Made by a program: the position numbers and the translations under genes
Virus record (IMG/VR): IMGVR_UViG_3300011115_000373
Location: 1 to 62,287 of that record
Source of the DNA: a virus
Taxonomy: Duplodnaviria > Caudoviricetes
Strand: one strand, 5' to 3'
DNA length: 62,287 bases
Notes under the pieces: generated by a model
What the model saw: the letters and a program-made list of their open reading frames with translations, nothing else
Database searches by the model: none
What the model was told of the DNA's origin: nothing
Shown here: positions 18,518 through 28,182 of the stretch, piece by piece
Position numbering within the stretch: the stretch's first letter is position 1
Layout: every line of letters starts with the position of its first letter

Positions 18518-18784
18518 CTATAGTCCCATCTTGTCAAGCTTGTTGACAATAAGCTGGGCATACCCAGCAATGTCTTGCCAGCTATCCTTGTAGAAAGGAT
18601 CGCCGTTAACAATGCGGGCAATCTTATTAGCAATCATGTCCAAGCTTTCGCGCATATCTTCGTCAGCAGTTGTGGCTGCTCCCAAAGATATGATACGCTT
18701 TATCTCTTGGCTGGTGGTTGCTACATTAATGTATTCACCATAGCGATCACCCCGCTGCTGCAATATCTCGCCTACAGAAATCAT
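18518..18784 (-). CDS. Conserved phage protein (DUF6378-like)
   Basis: RG..YG...KIARI..GD....DSW.DIAGYA. Confidence 0.7.
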   Translation of the reverse strand: MISVGEILQQRGDRYGEYINVATTSQEIKRIISLGAATTADEDMRESLDMIANKIARIVNGDPFYKDSWQDIAGYAQLIVNKLDKMGL

Positions 18785-19146
18785 TGCACCCCTCCTACAG
18801 TGGGAGTATTGATATCAAAAGAGCGCAGGTCTTTATCTAGATCAGCAAAGCTGTTGTGATTCATGTCGTAATCAACACCAATAGCATTGTGTGCATAGAA
18901 CTTATTGCAGTGATCCATAATCTCTGCTGCCACTTCTTCATTGCTTTCCATGAGGGGAACAACAGAGGCCAGCAATACTGCCATGCCAATCATATCGTCC
19001 ATCGCTTCCTTAGAAATAGTGACAGGGCCAAAGCCACTAATAATAACTTCATATGTTTGATCCCACTCCCCATCTTTTCCCACATGAGGGCGCAAGATAA
19101 TCGCAACATCATTGGGCTGTAGATCATTCTTGGAATTCCTTTTCAT
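18781..19146 (-). CDS. Hypothetical protein
   Basis: ORF coupled to both neighbours. Confidence 0.6.
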   Translation of the reverse strand: MKRNSKNDLQPNDVAIILRPHVGKDGEWDQTYEVIISGFGPVTISKEAMDDMIGMAVLLASVVPLMESNEEVAAEIMDHCNKFYAHNAIGVDYDMNHNSFADLDKDLRSFDINTPTVGGVQ

Positions 19147-19862
19147 ACTGTATCCTTTATTGGTGGTTGCCATAGTTCATCCTCATATCTTCTAAGCCAG
19201 AGAAGTCTGGCATTCTCAATAACTCTTTCTTCATTCCCACCATATTGCTCAAGACAAATGGAATACATTTCCATTTCATCTGTTGCTTCTGATAGGAGTT
19301 TGTCAGCAGTGATGGGGCCAATCCCTTTTATGCCTATAATATTATCAGCGGAATCCCCTGTTAATATTTGTTTGTAGAATCTATACATACCCTCTTCAGG
19401 AGTTATGTTATACCCTACCTTCTTTACAAAATTATAATGCCAGCCAGCTATCTGATCTAAATCTTTATCGACAGAAGCAATGACAAAATTACTTTGCAAC
19501 TTAGTTGCTTCTATTGCTATAGCATCGTCAGCTTCCTGACCATCAATAATAGTTGCACCCCATTCATCCACCAAATACTTTCGCAATATTGGTAAGTGTT
19601 TTGGTTTTGGTGCTGTTCTATTACCTTTATACACAGCAGTGGTTGCTATGTCTAGACGGAAATTATTCTTCCCTGTTAGGTAGAGTTTCCATTCATCGGC
19701 ATAACAACCACTGTATGTATTATCAACGCCAATCAGTAGGATGTCGGTGAGATAACTACTAAGAGATCTCTTAGCTGTCTTCCCATCGTCATCCTTACAA
19801 GCGAATGCTATGCGGTAAGCAATAATGTCAGAGTCAACTAACGCTATCACCTTGCTTTGCAT
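19143..19862 (-). CDS. 5'-3' exonuclease (T7 gp6-like)
   Basis: DSDIIAY, YKGNR, EADD, SVDKDL.Q, GD.ADNI.G..GIG. Confidence 0.9.
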   Translation of the reverse strand: MQSKVIALVDSDIIAYRIAFACKDDDGKTAKRSLSSYLTDILLIGVDNTYSGCYADEWKLYLTGKNNFRLDIATTAVYKGNRTAPKPKHLPILRKYLVDEWGATIIDGQEADDAIAIEATKLQSNFVIASVDKDLDQIAGWHYNFVKKVGYNITPEEGMYRFYKQILTGDSADNIIGIKGIGPITADKLLSEATDEMEMYSICLEQYGGNEERVIENARLLWLRRYEDELWQPPIKDTV

Positions 19863-19867
19863 TGTTG

Positions 19868-20065
19868 TTACTGATTAGGATCTTCCAAGGGAAGCTCCAT
19901 TTGCAGAGCATCTTCCTTTGACTTAGCCTGTGCTGCCTCAACTTGAGGGATAGCCTGTCGTTGAATCTCATTGATGTGAGGAGCAACGGCCTTGTAAGGC
20001 AACTCTCCCAGCCCTGTAAGAGCAGCATTAACGGTATCGATATGCAGGTTTAGTGTGATGTTCAT
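19868..20065 (-). CDS. Hypothetical protein
   Basis: AAAGGA SD; L..LPY..V...I..I motif. Confidence 0.65.
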   Translation of the reverse strand: MNITLNLHIDTVNAALTGLGELPYKAVAPHINEIQRQAIPQVEAAQAKSKEDALQMELPLEDPNQ

Positions 20066-20076
20066 TCCGGTTTCCT

Positions 20077-20490
20077 TTACAAAATATCTTCGTCATCAAG
20101 AGCGGACTCAGTACCGAACTCCACAAGCTCAGTGATTACAAGCTTACCCAAGGACGGACTGATGCCCTTCTTGTTCTTGTAAGACCACTCATATGCACCC
20201 ACCAAAGCTTTGGATTTACTCCCATTGCCGATGGCTTCTTCAATCAAATCACCGTCTGTATCAAACACCTTGATAGGCGACTGACTCTTGCAGGTAATAT
20301 ACCGGCCCATCTCAGCCTTCTTATCTTCACCAGTTTGAACACTGATACCCATTGCTTCCAAAGCATCACAAGCAGCATCGCTCAGATTGCACAGGTTAAG
20401 CTGATACTTACCTGACATATCATTCACTTTGGTATGCTGACACCAGAACACATCAGCTTTAATCTTAACTCGTTTTGACATATCTGCCAT
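20077..20490 (-). CDS. Single-stranded DNA-binding protein (T7 gp2.5-like)
   Basis: IGNGS motif, acidic C-tail DDEDIL, next to polymerase. Confidence 0.75.
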   Translation of the reverse strand: MADMSKRVKIKADVFWCQHTKVNDMSGKYQLNLCNLSDAACDALEAMGISVQTGEDKKAEMGRYITCKSQSPIKVFDTDGDLIEEAIGNGSKSKALVGAYEWSYKNKKGISPSLGKLVITELVEFGTESALDDEDIL

Positions 20491-20529
20491 ACTATTTCCT
20501 TTATGAAAAATAAAAACCCACTTGTATCG

Positions 20530-22356
20530 TCAGTGGCAATCACGCCAGTTGTTGCCGATCTTTCCTTCGGCAGCAACAGGACATCTAAATTTTAACACAA
20601 GCCCAGCCTGAGTAGCAGCCTCTTCAATAATCTTCATTGCTTTCTCAGCATCTTCTTTAGCAACTTCCCATTGGGTTTCATCGTGGACAAAGGCAATGAG
20701 CTTTGCATTTATTCCATGCAACTTCAACGCTTCGTTACACTCGACCAACCATTGCTTAGCCACAATAGCACCGGCAGATTGCAGTAGGGTATTCAAAGCA
20801 GCGTGTGCATTCCTAACCCATACTTTCCTACCATCTAATGCTGGCAGCAAACCATTAGCAGACAACCTAGCAATCTTATCTTTAAGCTTCTTCAATGCTG
20901 GGGTGTTATCTAAGAAGTTATCAATAAGCTTCTTTCCTTTTGTTGGTGATACGCCAGCGGTTAAACCAATCTTAGCGGCACCTGCACCATAGAGCATGGC
21001 ATAGGTCATGGTTTTAGTTTGGTTCCTAAACTTCTTGTGTTCGGGATTGCTATCTTCCTTCACTGTACCCTTTGGCACTAATCCAAAAGCTTGGCAGTTC
21101 ATCCAATGCACATCACCCTTCAAGAGTTCTTCCTGCCATCTCTCGTCCTGCATGTAATGTGCAAGGCAGCGTAGCTCAATGCCGCTTAGGTCTACACCTA
21201 CCTGCACATTGCCCTGCTCCACCGTCCACATCTCCCTGCACTCAGCGCCATAGGGCGTATCAGGATTGACTGCTGGCACTTGCCCCATGTTGGGACTGCT
21301 ATGGGTACAGCGACCCGTCACAGCACCGTTGGTGATGATGCGTCCATGTACCCTGCCATCATCCTCAACAAACTCCATCCAGCTACTGATCTGTGCTGTG
21401 CGTTTCTGTAGCATCAGATACTCAGCAACCAGCTTAGCCTCTGGCAGGTCTATGCCTTGCAGCACTGTCTCGTCCACAATGACATTGCCCTTCTCTGTGT
21501 GCTTATTAAACTTCACACCCAGCGCAGTCAATCGTTCAGCAATCTGCTGTCTGCTACCAGCATTGAACAGATGTTCTCTCACCTTCATTGGCCCAGCAAT
21601 GGCTTCCTTTACCAAGGAAGTTTTGTAGCCAGCTTGTCGAAGTAAGGACAAGAGTTCTGTCTTAGTCTCTGCCCTGTATTCTTTCCAATCAGGTGTAACC
21701 ACTTCCCAATACTGAGGAGTTTTTAGTTCCTCATAGGTGGGCTGAAACACTTCCTGCATCTTTGCTTCAATGTCAGACATGCGCCCAATCAAGTGTGCAT
21801 GCAGGGACATAGCTTTAGGCATATCCAACTTGAACCCGTTGTCTTCCATCTGCTTACAGATGATGGCAACCCTATGCTCAAGCTCAATACTTTGAGTGCT
21901 GAACTTATCTCTGTAAAGTAGAGACATGATGTGGTGATACAGCTTCTCAAGAAGCAGCACATCCTGCTCACAATAAGCAGCCATCTCCTCAGACCAGCCA
22001 GCATCATAGTCAGTAAAGTCTATCTTGTGGCTTTTAAGTCTGATGCCCCACGCCTGTAAGCTGTGAGGTGGTGGTACTTTCTGTCCCTCTATGAATGCAA
22101 TGTCTACATCAGGATTGTGCAGACGCGAGAGGATAAGTGTGTCTATTAAACTGGAACTGGGTATGGTGACATCCCACACCCTCTTGAGTACAGGAGCATC
22201 AAAACCAATAATGTTATGACCACATACTTCGTGGCCCTCAAGATATTCCTGTAGCCCATCCTTATTTCTCCAGTGTTTTATCTCCCCATCTTTCGCTGTA
22301 ACACAGAGCCATATCTGTTTGTGCTTTGTATCGGTTTCGATATCCAAGTAAATCAT
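20530..22356 (-). CDS. polA: Family A DNA polymerase (T7 gp5-like, Tyr at the 762-equivalent position)
   Basis: DIET exo I, HNIIGFD, TGR, DLSGIELR motif A, KTMTYAMLYG motif B, VHDE motif C. Confidence 0.95.
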   Translation of the reverse strand: MIYLDIETDTKHKQIWLCVTAKDGEIKHWRNKDGLQEYLEGHEVCGHNIIGFDAPVLKRVWDVTIPSSSLIDTLILSRLHNPDVDIAFIEGQKVPPPHSLQAWGIRLKSHKIDFTDYDAGWSEEMAAYCEQDVLLLEKLYHHIMSLLYRDKFSTQSIELEHRVAIICKQMEDNGFKLDMPKAMSLHAHLIGRMSDIEAKMQEVFQPTYEELKTPQYWEVVTPDWKEYRAETKTELLSLLRQAGYKTSLVKEAIAGPMKVREHLFNAGSRQQIAERLTALGVKFNKHTEKGNVIVDETVLQGIDLPEAKLVAEYLMLQKRTAQISSWMEFVEDDGRVHGRIITNGAVTGRCTHSSPNMGQVPAVNPDTPYGAECREMWTVEQGNVQVGVDLSGIELRCLAHYMQDERWQEELLKGDVHWMNCQAFGLVPKGTVKEDSNPEHKKFRNQTKTMTYAMLYGAGAAKIGLTAGVSPTKGKKLIDNFLDNTPALKKLKDKIARLSANGLLPALDGRKVWVRNAHAALNTLLQSAGAIVAKQWLVECNEALKLHGINAKLIAFVHDETQWEVAKEDAEKAMKIIEEAATQAGLVLKFRCPVAAEGKIGNNWRDCH

Positions 22357-22365
22357 TTACTTCTT

Positions 22366-23970
22366 TCATAACAAGGTTTCTTCTTGGGCTTCTATCTCAA
22401 ACATGCGGCCTGTCTCTTTGTTGTAAAGCAGGTTGCAAGCAGGGCCAGTGATTCCACTGAAGCGGTTCTTCAATACCCTAACCTTGGTGGTGTTTCGTTC
22501 CACTAAGTCTTCGGCCTGACCGTTACGCTCTAGTCCAATCACCATATCGCTAAGCTGGGCAATAGCTCCACTACCACGAAGCTGTGCAAGTGATGTAGCT
22601 GCGCCTTCCTCATGGCCTACAGTGGCAGGACGCTTGAGATGGCTGACGATTATAAGCGCAATGTTTGTCTCTTGCACAAGCATGCGTAGCTTCGTCATAA
22701 TTTCATCAAGAGCCTTACGCTCGTCACCACTTTCTTGTGCAGACACAATGATGGAGAGGTGATCTAGGAATACATACTTGCAGGACATGCCCTTTGCTAG
22801 GTAGCGTACACGGTTGACAATGTTCTCCACCGCTGTGCTACCGAAGTGATCGAACAAATACAAGCGGCCTGTGCCTAGTGTACGTTCAAATGCATCACGC
22901 CTCTGTTCAGGTGTTGCCACCACATCGGGTAGATGCAAAGGTGCATTAGCAGCCAGCGACATTACTGACAAGCCCGTCTTCTTAACGCTCTCCTCTAAGA
23001 ACATCAGGCCAATGTTGTCGTTTGTTTTCTGAAGCAGATGCCACACAATCTCACGCAGCACTTGACTCTTACCTAACCCACTACCGGCTGTCACTGTTAC
23101 CAGTTCACCGAAGCGTAGGCCATAGGTTAAGTCGTTCAGTCCTGCCCAAGGGTAGGTGCAGTCTGCTGGTGGCATAGGCTTAGACACCAGTTCCCACATG
23201 CTTGTTCCACTAACAATGCCATCGGGTACATACGCCTCAGATCTCCACCACCGCTCTACAAACTTAGCCTCACCATTATCAGCCAGCCAATCGCATGCGT
23301 CTTTGTACTCAGGCACAGGCTTGAACAGCTTGCACTTGCTTCCGAACAACTCAGCAACTTCCTTCGCTGCCTTCTGCCCAACAGCATCACCATCAAAGCA
23401 TACGACAATGGTTTCAAAGCTAGAGATATATTCGTATTGAGCCTTGCAGTCTTTGACAGCAGAGCCAGCACCATTGCGGATAGACACAACAGGATACTTA
23501 GATCCTGTCATTTGAAATGCAGCTAGTGCATCAAACTCTCCCTCAACAATGGTGAGATATTTACCACCAGAGGGAAACAGGTTCTGTCCAAACAAGATCC
23601 CTTTAGACCAGCTACCCACTGCGCTAAACTTCTTGTCAGATACAGCCCTAACTTTAGCAGCTACAAGCTGACTGTTATCGTCATAGTAGGGGAAGTAATA
23701 ATTATCTGCTTCGCGGATAACACCGAACTTCTCCATTGTGCTTTTGCTAATGCGCCGATCAGATACACTGACAGCAGCTCCTTCTTTAAATACTTTCAAA
23801 GCGGAGGAGACAACTTCAACTTCTTCATCAATCACTATATGTATTTCCTGTTGGTTAGTGGAGGGTGTGAATGTATCGCATACAAAACACTTCGTGCTGT
23901 GGTCTTCGTTCATGGCTAAGCCATCGCTACTACCACAAGTAGGGCATGGCAGGTGAGTCTTTATAAACAC
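22366..23970 (-). CDS. Primase-helicase (T7 gp4-like)
   Basis: CPTC..C..C zinc finger, TOPRIM EGEFDA/FDGD, GSGLGKS Walker A, LRGSGAI.QLSD, KNRF.G.TG. Confidence 0.95.
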   Translation of the reverse strand: MFIKTHLPCPTCGSSDGLAMNEDHSTKCFVCDTFTPSTNQQEIHIVIDEEVEVVSSALKVFKEGAAVSVSDRRISKSTMEKFGVIREADNYYFPYYDDNSQLVAAKVRAVSDKKFSAVGSWSKGILFGQNLFPSGGKYLTIVEGEFDALAAFQMTGSKYPVVSIRNGAGSAVKDCKAQYEYISSFETIVVCFDGDAVGQKAAKEVAELFGSKCKLFKPVPEYKDACDWLADNGEAKFVERWWRSEAYVPDGIVSGTSMWELVSKPMPPADCTYPWAGLNDLTYGLRFGELVTVTAGSGLGKSQVLREIVWHLLQKTNDNIGLMFLEESVKKTGLSVMSLAANAPLHLPDVVATPEQRRDAFERTLGTGRLYLFDHFGSTAVENIVNRVRYLAKGMSCKYVFLDHLSIIVSAQESGDERKALDEIMTKLRMLVQETNIALIIVSHLKRPATVGHEEGAATSLAQLRGSGAIAQLSDMVIGLERNGQAEDLVERNTTKVRVLKNRFSGITGPACNLLYNKETGRMFEIEAQEETLL

Positions 23971-24374
23971 TTGAGATAATCATCAATGATGCTGCTTGCC
24001 GATTCTCCCTTAAGCAGTGGAGTATCCCAAGCACCATCTAGTCCATGCTCTTTTCGATAGGTAGCAGTTAGCATCTGAATGGTATTTAATGCCATGATGA
24101 GAAGCTCTTTCTCGGATACCTTCACTCTAAATTCTTTTGAGAACGCTTGAGCTTTCAAGTATATAGCAATGCTATGTAGTGTGTCCTTACCAAAGGATTC
24201 TTTGAAGTCTACACTCATCTTGTCTGCTGCTGTATTCAATGCATCGTTCCAGCCTTGCGCGTAGTTTTGTTTGACCAAACCAAGCTGCTTAAAATATTTG
24301 TCTCGCAACTCATCACGCTGTGCATGGATGCACTCAGCATGCTGGCAGTGGTAGCTACAACTGTGGTCAATCAT
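23961..24374 (-). CDS. Hypothetical protein
   Basis: ORF with AAGGAGG SD. Confidence 0.6.
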   Translation of the reverse strand: MIDHSCSYHCQHAECIHAQRDELRDKYFKQLGLVKQNYAQGWNDALNTAADKMSVDFKESFGKDTLHSIAIYLKAQAFSKEFRVKVSEKELLIMALNTIQMLTATYRKEHGLDGAWDTPLLKGESASSIIDDYLKCL

Positions 24375-24547
24375 GTGTTCGCCTCCTTCAGAAACTCAAC
24401 ATATTGATTAAGACGGACAATCACACTAGGCTCTAGTGCTATCACTTTATTCTCGGAATGATTAACTGCTAACCAGATTTGGTAGCCATCAGTGCTGGCA
24501 TATACACCATCACCTAAGTAAACTGAATAGGAATCATCTTCAATCAT
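24371..24547 (-). CDS. Conserved small phage protein, 58 aa (YLGDGVYA..DG.QIWL)
   Basis: Read manually; coupled both sides, GGAG SD. Confidence 0.65.
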   Translation of the reverse strand: MIEDDSYSVYLGDGVYASTDGYQIWLAVNHSENKVIALEPSVIVRLNQYVEFLKEANT

Positions 24548-24956
24548 TTGTTTTCTCCATTAATTCTGCGGAATAAAGCGGCAAATTAAACTTTCCATTT
24601 ATATGGGTGTAGCTGTTTAAGCGCTCATGTTCCTTGCGGATTTTGTTCGTCATAAACTCATCTTCTTGTGCGCTATACCAACCAAAAGGTTCCTGCGCTG
24701 GCTGTGGTGGGGCGGTGTAGAGGGGATTCCATGCAGTAATGTCAGCATTTTTTGGTAATTTCTTTCTAAAGTGTGCTGACCCTAACCATTGCCACGCCAC
24801 AGGCTCTTGCGCTGGCTGCGCCAAAGCTGCGTTGATGGCGGTGATGGCTCCGCATGTTTGAACATGCAGTCCATTTTTATTTTTACCAACTTCTACTAAA
24901 GAAAATTCATTTGCCATCAACACCTCAAGCGCCAGCTTCAATGCTTCACGTTCCAT
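24540..24956 (-). CDS. Mosaic hypothetical protein with QPAQEP linkers
   Basis: EREALKLAL and two QPAQEP units. Confidence 0.7.
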   Translation of the reverse strand: MEREALKLALEVLMANEFSLVEVGKNKNGLHVQTCGAITAINAALAQPAQEPVAWQWLGSAHFRKKLPKNADITAWNPLYTAPPQPAQEPFGWYSAQEDEFMTNKIRKEHERLNSYTHINGKFNLPLYSAELMEKTND

Positions 24957-25692
24957 TGTTCTTCTCCTTATTCACGTTCTCATCCAGCCAAGCCTGCACT
25001 TCGCCACCACTCCACATCTTGCGTAGCATGGTCGGGAATACCACTCGTTCGCGCTTTGGTGGGGCCGCCTCAATCACCCAACGCCCAAATTCGGTTGTGC
25101 TATAGATACCGCCGCTGGTGTGATGCACTACGCCAATTTGTGCCAGCCGTTGCATCATCTGCTTGGGTACGTCATAACCTTCGCCGTCATCGCAAGTTTC
25201 CGTGAACCGCTCAAGGGCTTTGCGTTCATCGTTCGTCAGCCCTACCCACTCGCGCTGTGGTGGGGTGTGTTCAAGTGCCGCATCCCATGCTCTGTGGCAT
25301 CCATCTTGAAAATCCTCATTTCCCCAAATTGCGTTTTCGTACCAATCAAGAAACGCCACAGGCTCCTGCGCTGGCTTCTTGCAGGCATCATTAAAACCCT
25401 CTGCGTACCCCAAAGCGTAGTCACCGGATGTAGGCTCCTGCGCTGGTTGTGCCAAGGCTGCTTTGATGGCGGTTAATGCTTGTTCGGCTTCTGCGCCGCA
25501 CCAATCATCGTAGTATGCGGTTGTTGCATTTTCTGCAATTTCTTCCAACGACTTCAGCGCCAGCTTCAATGCTTCACGCTCAGGCTCCTGCAACTTGTCC
25601 GCAGCCATCTGCTGCTTGGCTTGATAGCCACTACCCCAATCGCCTTGCCTTGTAGCGAGTTCATCAAAGGCTTCATCTTCAGGTGTCTTCAT
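24946..25692 (-). CDS. Mosaic hypothetical protein with QEP linkers
   Basis: EREALKLAL, AQPAQEP, KPAQEPVA, REWVGLT modules. Confidence 0.7.
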   Translation of the reverse strand: MKTPEDEAFDELATRQGDWGSGYQAKQQMAADKLQEPEREALKLALKSLEEIAENATTAYYDDWCGAEAEQALTAIKAALAQPAQEPTSGDYALGYAEGFNDACKKPAQEPVAFLDWYENAIWGNEDFQDGCHRAWDAALEHTPPQREWVGLTNDERKALERFTETCDDGEGYDVPKQMMQRLAQIGVVHHTSGGIYSTTEFGRWVIEAAPPKRERVVFPTMLRKMWSGGEVQAWLDENVNKEKNNGT

Positions 25693-26006
25693 ATAATTAT
25701 CCACCAAACAATGCCACCTAGTGCAGCGGCTAATAAAACAAAAAGGAATATGGCAAGGACAACTTTAAAGAAGTCGATGAACATATCTCCACCAGCATCA
25801 GTATCATCCTCAAACATATCCTCTACTCCAAAATGTTTTTTAATACAGTCAGATGTTTTGTATGGCTCAGTAGTTTCTGCTATTACTGCACACTTCAGCA
25901 CAATTAGTTTAGCAAACTTTTCCTTATCAAAATATTCGTAGCTTGCGCCCCAGCCATACTCCTCAGTGGTGGTGGCTTGCTCAATTAACTTATCGATGTT
26001 CTTCAT
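25689..26006 (-). CDS. Hypothetical protein, C-terminal TM
   Basis: EKFAKLIV..CA...IKKHFGVE motif; AGGAG SD. Confidence 0.65.
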   Translation of the reverse strand: MKNIDKLIEQATTTEEYGWGASYEYFDKEKFAKLIVLKCAVIAETTEPYKTSDCIKKHFGVEDMFEDDTDAGGDMFIDFFKVVLAIFLFVLLAAALGGIVWWIII

Positions 26007-26271
26007 GTGCATCACTCCTATCATTAAGCCATCTACCAAACTTACTTAGTTCTGGCATTGTCCGATTAAAATCTTTAGCAGCTTGTATGTTAAGGCACTT
26101 AACACCATGCTCCATATCTGACAGCAGAGCAGACCAATACTCATCTGCTATTGCTTCACGCTCAGCCGCTGCTACCAACTCGGCAAACTTTTCCAACTTA
26201 GTTGGCATACCGTTGGGGTTGTATGTAGGTAATCCAGCCTTGTGAGCAAGTTCTCTGATGTTCATAGCCAC
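25990..26271 (-). CDS. Hypothetical protein
   Basis: LEKFAELVAAAEREA motif. Confidence 0.6.
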   Translation of the reverse strand: MAMNIRELAHKAGLPTYNPNGMPTKLEKFAELVAAAEREAIADEYWSALLSDMEHGVKCLNIQAAKDFNRTMPELSKFGRWLNDRSDAHEEHR

Positions 26272-26389
26272 CCCAATCCTCTGCCAGCAGCAACAGCAAG
26301 GAGAGTACTACCTATAATTATGCTGTCATAAATTCTACAATGTGGAGCAATCCAAACTGTGCCAAGAATCGCTAGAAATTGTATGTCAG

Positions 26390-26578
26390 TCATGCTTGCT
26401 CCTTCGGTTTCTCAAACGAATGCTTGTAAGTTTTAGGCAGCAGCTTGCGGGCCTCAACAATCAAAGCCTTGTCAGGTGGGCCATCGAGCATACGATCAAT
26501 GATGGAGTAGAGCTTGGGCAGCAATGTCTTTAGGGTGGCGGCATACACACTTAGCTGTGCCTCTTCAAGCGGTGTCAT
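26390..26578 (-). CDS. Hypothetical protein
   Basis: 62-aa coupled ORF. Confidence 0.55.
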   Translation of the reverse strand: MTPLEEAQLSVYAATLKTLLPKLYSIIDRMLDGPPDKALIVEARKLLPKTYKHSFEKPKEQA

Positions 26579-26787
26579 ACTTGCTCTCTCGCTTTCAGCA
26601 TTGCGTCTGCCGCTACATACGCACCTTTTGCGTATACGCTTGCTAATGCATCAGCATTGCTATTTGGATGTGCAATCATTGCTTGCATAGCCAGCCCAGC
26701 AAAATGATCCCGTAGGGTCATGTCCTTGGCATAGCCGCCGTTCTTCACCAGCCATGTGGGGTCAATAGGTGTGATGTCTTCTCTCAT
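26575..26787 (-). CDS. Conserved phage protein (MTLRDHFAGLAMQ...AY..ADAML.AR family)
   Basis: Motif recognition; AAGGAG SD. Confidence 0.75.
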   Translation of the reverse strand: MREDITPIDPTWLVKNGGYAKDMTLRDHFAGLAMQAMIAHPNSNADALASVYAKGAYVAADAMLKAREQV

Positions 26788-26797
26788 TACTTGCTCC

Positions 26798-27196
26798 TTA
26801 TTGCATGTCAATGTTAGGCAGGATGGTGGATGGCTTGAATATCACACGGTAGTGATAGATGCTAGCCTTGCTTGGCTCCATCTGCTCGACAAAATAAGTT
26901 ACATTGTCAGACAGCCCAAGGAAGTGTTTCTTATACTGGTCAGGGCCAACTTTGCAGGTGATGGATAGCTCACGATTTTTATCGTAGTTACCCAACGAAC
27001 ACAGCCCTTCCACAGTGAGCATGTACTCACCAGTGATGCCGTTGTAAAACACCACACGGCGTGACACTTCAAAACTATCTGCTGCTTTGGACAGATTTTT
27101 AGAGGCAACATTCGCTGCTGAGTCGCAGCCCTGTAGAAGATAAGCTGCTGTCATTAAGACAAGGCCCAGCCCTACCATTCGTGTCTGTTGTTTCAT
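26798..27196 (-). CDS. Conserved phage lipoprotein
   Basis: Lipobox LQGC; ADSFEV.RRVVFYNGITG and YKKHFLGLSDNVTYFVEQ. Confidence 0.8.
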   Translation of the reverse strand: MKQQTRMVGLGLVLMTAAYLLQGCDSAANVASKNLSKAADSFEVSRRVVFYNGITGEYMLTVEGLCSLGNYDKNRELSITCKVGPDQYKKHFLGLSDNVTYFVEQMEPSKASIYHYRVIFKPSTILPNIDMQ

Positions 27197-27600
27197 GCTG
27201 TCACCTCCACCAATTGTTTTGCCAATGATTCACATTCGTTGATGCAATACTCTAAAGTCTTGACCGTATCGCCATCAAAAGATATCTCTCGGTGCAGCCC
27301 TTTGTCATACATTTTTTTATACTTGCCCGACATTAGCTCAGGGTCTTGTGCGTCACCAAGATGGGCGCAGTCGTAGCCCAGCCACCACAGCCCCTCGGAT
27401 GAGGATGGGTAATCGCGTTCGCTCCCTGCATAAGTTAGGCCGCCATGCACATCGGCAGGAACATCATCGTACCCTTTGCTATGATGTGTATGGCTTGCTG
27501 GCACACCAACATAACCGCAACGATGTCCCGCAGGATGAATCACAACTACGGAACGCAAGCCTACTTCTGTTGTCCAATCTTTCTCAACAATAAAACTCAT
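27193..27600 (-). CDS. Conserved phage protein (CGYV...VHGGLTY...GYDCAH..D)
   Basis: Motif recognition. Confidence 0.75.
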   Translation of the reverse strand: MSFIVEKDWTTEVGLRSVVVIHPAGHRCGYVGVPASHTHHSKGYDDVPADVHGGLTYAGSERDYPSSSEGLWWLGYDCAHLGDAQDPELMSGKYKKMYDKGLHREISFDGDTVKTLEYCINECESLAKQLVEVTA

Positions 27601-27827
27601 GCTTGCTCCTCTTCTGTTTCAATAACTGTACACACAAGGGTAGGAAACAACTCATCGATCTGACTCACCATCATAAACTCTTTATTGCTTATTTCTGGAA
27701 TCATAAACATTCCGAAGTAGGCATCAAGCCATTTGCATAGCATCCTTCCTGTTGGGAAGTCTGCATAAAATTCAGCCTTGTCAAACCCATTCTTCTCTGC
27801 CCACTTTTGGCACTGATATAAATTCAT
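27597..27827 (-). CDS. Hypothetical protein
   Basis: Coupled ORF with AAGGA SD. Confidence 0.6.
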   Translation of the reverse strand: MNLYQCQKWAEKNGFDKAEFYADFPTGRMLCKWLDAYFGMFMIPEISNKEFMMVSQIDELFPTLVCTVIETEEEQA

Positions 27828-28036
27828 ATGTATTCCTTCTTAATGTTAACTGTAATGCATGTACCTTCAAGAACAATAGCTTCTCCAGCAATAGCTGCTT
27901 GCCTACGCATACTTTGCTTTTGAATCTCCATAGACTGTTGGCACTGTGCCTCAGTTTGAAAATATACAACTGCCTGTAAGAAGTTACAATTTGCATTCAT
28001 ACAGGCCCATATCACAGGGATAAATATACTAGCCAT
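27824..28036 (-). CDS. Small four-Cys protein
   Basis: IPV...C....C.FLQ...C...C; similar to 58422-58619. Confidence 0.6.
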   Translation of the reverse strand: MASIFIPVIWACMNANCNFLQAVVYFQTEAQCQQSMEIQKQSMRRQAAIAGEAIVLEGTCITVNIKKEYI

Positions 28037-28178
28037 AACTACATCCTTTAGTAAATAAATGAAAAGTGGAATAGCAAGAGGGCTTAACTATTATGTACAC
28101 ACAATAGAAACACACTGCCTGTATCACCACGACAACTCCCAGTAGGTGGAAGAAAGAAAGTATTTTCTGCACCACCAT
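28029..28178 (-). CDS. Small membrane protein
   Basis: MVVQKILSFF..., hydrophobic. Confidence 0.45.
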   Translation of the reverse strand: MVVQKILSFFHLLGVVVVIQAVCFYCVYIIVKPSCYSTFHLFTKGCSYG

Positions 28179-28182
28179 CTCT

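Noticed and set aside
20530-22356. Intein, intron or DnaJ-type zinc-finger insertion in polymerase (also checked RNR, TerL, helicase)
   Set aside because: Lengths are normal; no intein termini or CxxCxGxG repeats seen
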